From positions 46,871,731 to 46,935,730 of the forward strand of contig NC_083404.1 in NCBI RefSeq assembly GCF_020745735.1: 64,000 bases of DNA. Direction: 5' to 3'. Position numbers and translations under genes: made by a program. The DNA comes from Hemiscyllium ocellatum (lineage: Eukaryota). Shown piece after piece: positions 58,261 to 64,000 of this stretch. The notes beneath the pieces were generated by a model. That model saw only the letters and a list, made by a program, of their open reading frames with translations, did no database searches and was not told the DNA's origin. Each line of letters starts with the position of its first letter. Position 1 is the first letter of the stretch.

Positions 58261-60989
58261 AACTCCAGCACACACTTGTAAGTCACACTGAAGGCTGAGC
58301 AGCCTGGTGGTTGTGAACCATATAGAGACATTGTGCTGTATACAGTTGGGATGGTTGGGACAAGTTGGTGAGCTGTAGCCACCAGGTACTCGCTCTGACG
58401 TACATGTCAGGAATCTGCGTTGTCAAGTTTCAAATGGGAGGAGAGGCGAATTGAAAGAGTCACAAAAATAAAGCAAGTTAAACTAATAATAATAATATAC
58501 AAATGCGTAGAGACAGGAAGTCACAACTCAATAGCATGATTCTAAAATTGCCATTCGGGGAAAAGTACAACACCGTTTCTCATCATCAAACTTCTGAAAT
58601 ATTTCATTCTTGCTGTATTTTTCTAACTTTCTCACCATTGATACATCACATCAGAGAGACGAAACTTCCAACTATTGTTACAGAGACTTTGAGGAGGATG
58701 AGATGTGAGGTCTCACACCTAAAAGGCTTAAGCTCCTCCAGTTACAAGTCCATATAATGTCATCATAGTGGATGGTGTTGATAGCATTTCTCAGTATTAA
58801 CTCTTTCAGATTCATATATGATAGCCAGTGGATACTAACTGACTTCTCAACCCAGTGAGTAATCTAGGCAATCACATTCCCTGATTCTGGGTTGGGTAGG
58901 ACTAAAAGCGCACTTTAAGGAAAAGAAGTCAATAATTACAATTTATCAATCCAAAAAATTGTTCACTTTTACTTTCCTCCTTTATCTTTAAAAACAATAC
59001 AATCATATTCATGTTACAATATAGGAAGGCAGAAATTGACTAAAAGTATAGTTGTCACAAAATTAAACACCACCCACTCCACCATTATTCCAAAAGGCAC
59101 TGACATTTGCTGAGGTTCAAAACAGCAGCAACTTTCTTTCTGCAATATATATTTAAATCTTAAAATGTCCCCAGATGTGCCAAGGAAGATTTGGCACCAA
59201 GCTACATAAAGCGACATAGGACAGGAACCAAAGGCTTAGTCAGAGAGCTAGGTCTTAAACATGGCTTAAAGCTAGAAAGAGAGACAGATATGGTTACAAG
59301 GGAATTCTTGAGCTTAGGGCAATGGTAACCAACAGCCATGGATGTCAATGGTGAAGTGACTAAACTCAGTGATTATAGTGTACATTAAAAGCACGATATA
59401 AATGCAATTTGTTATGATTCAGAGTTTCAGGCAGCTCACTGGTATTTTTTGGCTACACATCACTCAGATGAAAAACTTGTAAACTCCACTTCTCTAATCC
59501 AACAAATATTGATCAGGATTGTGGGAATCCTGATTTGATCTCACCCCTCTCACTAGTGCAGGGCATAGCTTTTTTTATTATTGCTACACTAACAGATACC
59601 AGCTACTTCAGTATTGTTCAGGGTTTGAACTTGGCCATCAGTGACTCAGCAGTGTGTTAGAAATACTTTCAGTCATCAGGCTGCATCAAGTATCTTAGAG
59701 GTATGAATGGCTATTTGGTTACAACTTAGTCGAGCAAGGGTTTGCCAAATGCAAAGATAGCAATCTCAGCCCACTGCTTTCTCAAGTCTTTGGTGCAAAA
59801 CCCTTTCTTCTACACAAGAAAACACAAAATATGAAAATGAAAAAACAATTGCACAGCATGGTGAATTTAGCTAAATATTGCTCTATTAGCATTTTAACAG
59901 CAACTTGTTTCTTTTTTTCACTTTCATGCATAATGCTGGGGATAATTTCCTAAAATGCACTAAGTGGGTGTGCATGAATGTACTTCATATCACACTTCAT
60001 TGGAAAGCTTCATTTATTTCCGAGTAAATTGATGTTGAATGGGCAAAAACATTATGTAAAAGCAATAACTGACAAAAGAATGAATTATACACTTCAGGAT
60101 TATTAAGGTACATGAGCTTGTCTCTCGAAATGACAATTACTGATGCTTGTTTTGCAATATCATACCTGTCTGGACAGTCAATAGAACAAGAAATTATTAT
60201 CATGTAATGATTGTTCATTATGCTATCATAAAACGTAGATACTAAAACAAAATTATATCATAAAACCATATTACAATCAATACCTACATTTTACTGCTAT
60301 AAAACTGACCAAAATTATCACTTACCTCATAAACTTTGTTTCTGAAATCACAATGTAATCAAAATGGTCATAATTACAGGGCAAGTCTATGTGTACAATC
60401 AGTTGAGATCCTCAATCAGGGTATTTCATGCAACCACAAAAGGTCAACTAAGCTAGTTCTAAGAACAAACAGAGCTTCCTCACCTGCATGACTTCAGATG
60501 ACTTTGTTGCAAAGTTGCTCATATTAAGTAGAGCTGGATTTCAAAGCACTGGAAAAAGGCTATACAGTCTCTTTTGCTTATTCTGCTGTTTCAGTGAGAT
60601 GATGGGTAATCTGTGTCTCGTCTCCAGCTGCCTGTCTTGGTTCCCTTAATAACATTACCAAACGAGTGAAACAAGTTCACAATACCATCACCACCACCTT
60701 CACTCTCATACTTAATCTTCCAGCCTGAACAGCTTCTAAGCAAAAAAGATTGCAAATTTCCACTAACATTTGTGTGGCAAAGTACTTCTGCTCACAAGGG
60801 TCCAGCACTGATTTTAAATGGTGAAGATCATGGTTTGGTTGTCATGACACTGGCATGTCCAGAGGCCCAGACGAACACACTGGTCATAGAAGGAGTAAAA
60901 CAAAGATTCACCGAACAAATTCCTGATACTGTCCTTTGAGGAAATGTGATTCTGGTTGGATCGCTATGATGGAGCTGGAGAGGATGTTG

Positions 60990-61520
60990 GCTAAGCCACA
61001 GCTGGAGTACTGTATGCAGTTGTGGTCACCACACCATATAGGAAGGATGTGAATGCACGGGAGAGGGTACACAGGAGACCCACCAGGTCGTTAACTGGGC
61101 TGGAGCATTTTGGCTGTGGTGAGAGGCTCGGCCTGTTTTCTTTAGAGCAGAGAAGGCTGAGGGGGGTCCTGACAGAGAACAACAAAATTATGAGAAGTAC
61201 GGAAAAGGTAGGTAGGAAGAAACATTTTCCTTTAGAAGAGGATCAATTCCTTGGAAGCATAGATTTAAAGGTAAGAGACAGGAGGTTTAGAGGAGATTTA
61301 AGAAAAAGCTTCTTCACCTAGATTGTGATTGGCATCTGCCACTCACTGCCAGAAGGGTGCTAGAGGACCACATTTATTTAGATGAACACTTGAAATGCTT
61401 CAGCAAAGAAAGCTATGGGCCAAGTGCTGGAAGAAGGGATTGGAGTAGATTGGTGCTTGATTCCTAGTGTAGGCACAATGAGCCAACAGGCCCCTTTCTA
61501 TTCTGTAATACTCTATGGCA
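60990..61520 (+). mobile_element. CR1 3' relic
   Basis: PYRKDVNARERV...LGLFSLEQRRLRG (ORF 61022..61321). Confidence 0.85.
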
Positions 61521-62389
61521 TTATGTATCTACATTCTCTGGAGTTTAGAAGAATGAACAATAATCTCAGTCAAACATACAAAATTCACACAATCATAGCA
61601 ACTGATGGAGTTTCCAATGAAAAATCTGGAATATAAAACTGTCAGCGATTGTTGTAAAAACTAATTTAGTTCACTGTTGACATTTAAAGAAGGAAATCAA
61701 CCGTGTTCACCTGATAAGGCCACCATATGACTGCAGAACCACAGTGCTTTATGCTTCACTCTTAAATGTCCTCTACAATGTCCTAGCAATCCATTCAATT
61801 CATGGACTATTTAGGATGAGCAACAAATGCAGGTACTCTCAGCAAAGAATAATGTCATAAAAAATGAAAATAAAAACTAATTTTAGACCCCAGATTCTTC
61901 CTCCTCAGCCACTGCCTTCCCAGTGGATGACCCTCCCTATCACATCTCCCATGGCCAAAGCCCATTGTGATCTATCCGCTGCCCAATTTTGACCTCTTCT
62001 GCCCTCGTTGGCAGTTCTCAAACTGCTGACTCTATTTGAATGAAGCCTGTGTTTCAATATCCAAGATGCGTCAATAGTTCATCATTGAGTACATCAGCAT
62101 GTATGCCCTCTAGAGTACATGGTGATTCCAACAGCTTGATCAGATGTGAGATGGGGAATGACAGCCATATTCTCAAAGACACACCTACTATGAGCGTGCC
62201 ACCAGCATGAGACCAACAGGATCTCCAATGTCTGCAGTGTAAGGTCAATCGAAACAAATCCTGAAATGATAACCATCACAGTCAACTTGTTGCTAACCAG
62301 GATGCCTAGAGTAAAACAATCTGGCAAGGTGTGGAAAACACCAGACTGAAAACAGAAAAAAGAGTTTGGTAGAAGTTAAAACAAGCCAA

Positions 62390-62828
62390 GCCCCTCCTAT
62401 TGGCCAGTTGCGGAAGGGAATATCATTCACAAATTGGATGGATGTCAGTCCCTTGACAGAGCATGTAAGTGCAAAATGCTACAGATGTTATCTACAAGAT
62501 ACACTGTAGAAATTCATGAAAGATTCTTAGACAGCTCTTTCAAAAGCATAAACATTTCCATCAGGGACAGCAGATACATAGCAACACTACTACCAATAGG
62601 TATCCCTTAAAGGCCACTCACCATTATTGGAAATACATCACCGTTCTTTCACGATTGTCGGGTCAAATCCTGGAATTCCCTCCCTAAGGGCATTGAGGGT
62701 CAACCAACAGCATGTGGACTTCAGCAGTTCAAGAAGGCAGCTCATCACCACCTTCTCGGGAGCCATTAGGGATGGACAACAGGTGCAGGCCCAGCCAGCG
62801 ACGTACACGTTTCATGAGTGAATAATTT
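62390..62828 (+). mobile_element. Old CR1/L2-group LINE 3' relic (same family as 7730-8170)
   Basis: TCCTGGAATTCCCTCCCTAA...CAGCAGTTCAAGAAGGCAGCTCATCACCACCTTCTC...ATTAGGGATGGACAA. Confidence 0.6.
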
Positions 62829-63379
62829 TTTTTAATGAAATGTTGGAAATTTGAAACAAGCAGAAAATGCAGGAGAAACCCAGAAAGAAACTCTTTCAGA
62901 ATAAAGAAGCGTCCTACTGGAATCAAAACGCGAACTCTGTTTATCTGTCCGCAAATGTTAGCAGACCTGCAGTTGTTTCTTCAGCATTTCCTGTGTTTGT
63001 TCCTCAATAGCTCATCATTGAGACGGATGCCATTGACACCGTATTTACAACTGCATGAGGAAAGTTGTGAATGGAAACTGATCTGTTACAATTATGATGC
63101 ATCTTAGCACATCATTACCCCAGCACATCCACCCCCGCAGTACTGTTTACGTAAACTGTTGGTGCAAAAATCCCCCTCAACCAACATCGCCCCCACACAT
63201 GGATATTTCAAGACACTAAACATTACAAAATAAATTGCAAACTTCTGCAGTTTGCAAATCCAAGAAAACTGTTTAAGTTTCATGCTTTCAAAGCTATTCT
63301 TCAACATAGTAGAAAGATTTTGAACTTGCATTCTTGTGCCTGATGACCTACATTGGCTCCCAACCAGGCAAAGTCTTAA

Positions 63380-63770
63380 ACCATAAGAACATAAGAAATA
63401 GAAGCAAAAAAGTGGCCATTCTGCCCTTTGTACCTGTTCCATTATTAAATGAGATTGAGACCTATCTTCTATTACAACACTGCTTTGCTGAACTACCCCA
63501 GTATCCCTTGATATCTTTAACATGTATAAATCTATCAATCTCTTCAAAGGTTCACTATCCTCTGAATTCCTCCTCAATTCAATCCAAAGTGGTTCTTCCA
63601 CTTTTTCTGTCCCCGGTTTCTTGATACTCCAGCCAGGGCAAACCTCCTTCCTGTACCTACCCTGTCAATCCTGGTAAGAAATTTGTCTGTCTGAAAGAGA
63701 TTCACCTGTCATTCTTCTAAACTCCAGGCAATATAGGCCAACTCTATTTAAACTTTCCTCAGAGGACAAT
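63380..63770 (-). mobile_element. Old CR1-group 3' relic
   Basis: CATAAGAACATAAGAAATAG tail; CACCTGTCATTCTTCTAAACTCCAG (minus: SLEFRRM motif). Confidence 0.7.
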
Positions 63771-63865
63771 AGGAAATTATTTTGAAAGGATGGAATAGTA
63801 GATTGGCAATGCTAACATTTAAAGAATTGATACATAATTTATAACAAAATAAACCAACAGGTTTT

Positions 63866-64000
63866 GGGTGGCACAGTGGCACAGTGGTTAGCACTGCTGC
63901 CTCACAGCATTAGAGACCCGGGTTCAATTCTCCGCCTCAGGCAACTGTCTGTGTGGAGTTGCACATTCTCCCTGGGTCTGCCTGGGTTTCCTCCGGGTGC
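63866..64000 (+). mobile_element. HE1-like SINE 5' part, cut by window end
   Basis: A-box TGGCACAGTGG, B-box GGTTCAATTC, core TGTCTGTGTGGAGTT. Confidence 0.9.

Noticed and set aside
63866-63940. tRNA-like A/B boxes here and at 57854, 53353(-), 13400(-) and 1666(-)
   Set aside because: They are SINE heads continuing into a shared core and LINE-like tail; no full cloverleaf
1-64000. CRISPR array, prokaryotic operon or rRNA
   Set aside because: No regularly spaced repeat-spacer arrays, no gene-dense organisation and no rRNA-like sequence; the repeats are dispersed eukaryotic transposable elements

Overview
Eukaryotic, repeat-dominated intronic/intergenic DNA, most likely from a cartilaginous fish (shark). 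This assignment is an inference from HE1/V-SINE-like and Deu-domain SINEs, CR1 LINEs and Penelope-like elements (PLEs). No recognisable host gene, rRNA, true tRNA or CRISPR array was seen. Main contents: (i) a full-length, apparently young CR1 LINE (19936-24264) with an uninterrupted APE-RT ORF2, an ORF1 (Zn-finger/leucine zipper + SGNH esterase) broken only by one extra G in a homopolymer, and a duplicated 5'UTR unit; (ii) a young 5'-truncated Penelope element (RT + GIY-YIG) ending in a near-canonical minimal hammerhead ribozyme; (iii) at least a dozen dispersed 50-200 bp PLE-tail elements carrying the same hammerhead fold, with compensatory changes in stems I and II, several with their own target-site duplications (TSDs) or arranged as palindromes, which is the most interesting system-level signal; (iv) a Tx1-like LINE with a 5' inversion and a second captured 3' end inside one TSD; (v) relics of Rex1/Babar, L2, Gypsy, Harbinger, a Tigger-like MITE and solo-LTR-like pieces; (vi) one unique-sequence candidate in-frame 144-nt cassette exon. 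Boundaries of old repeats are approximate (about +/-10-50 bp), and family names come from recalled motifs, not database searches.
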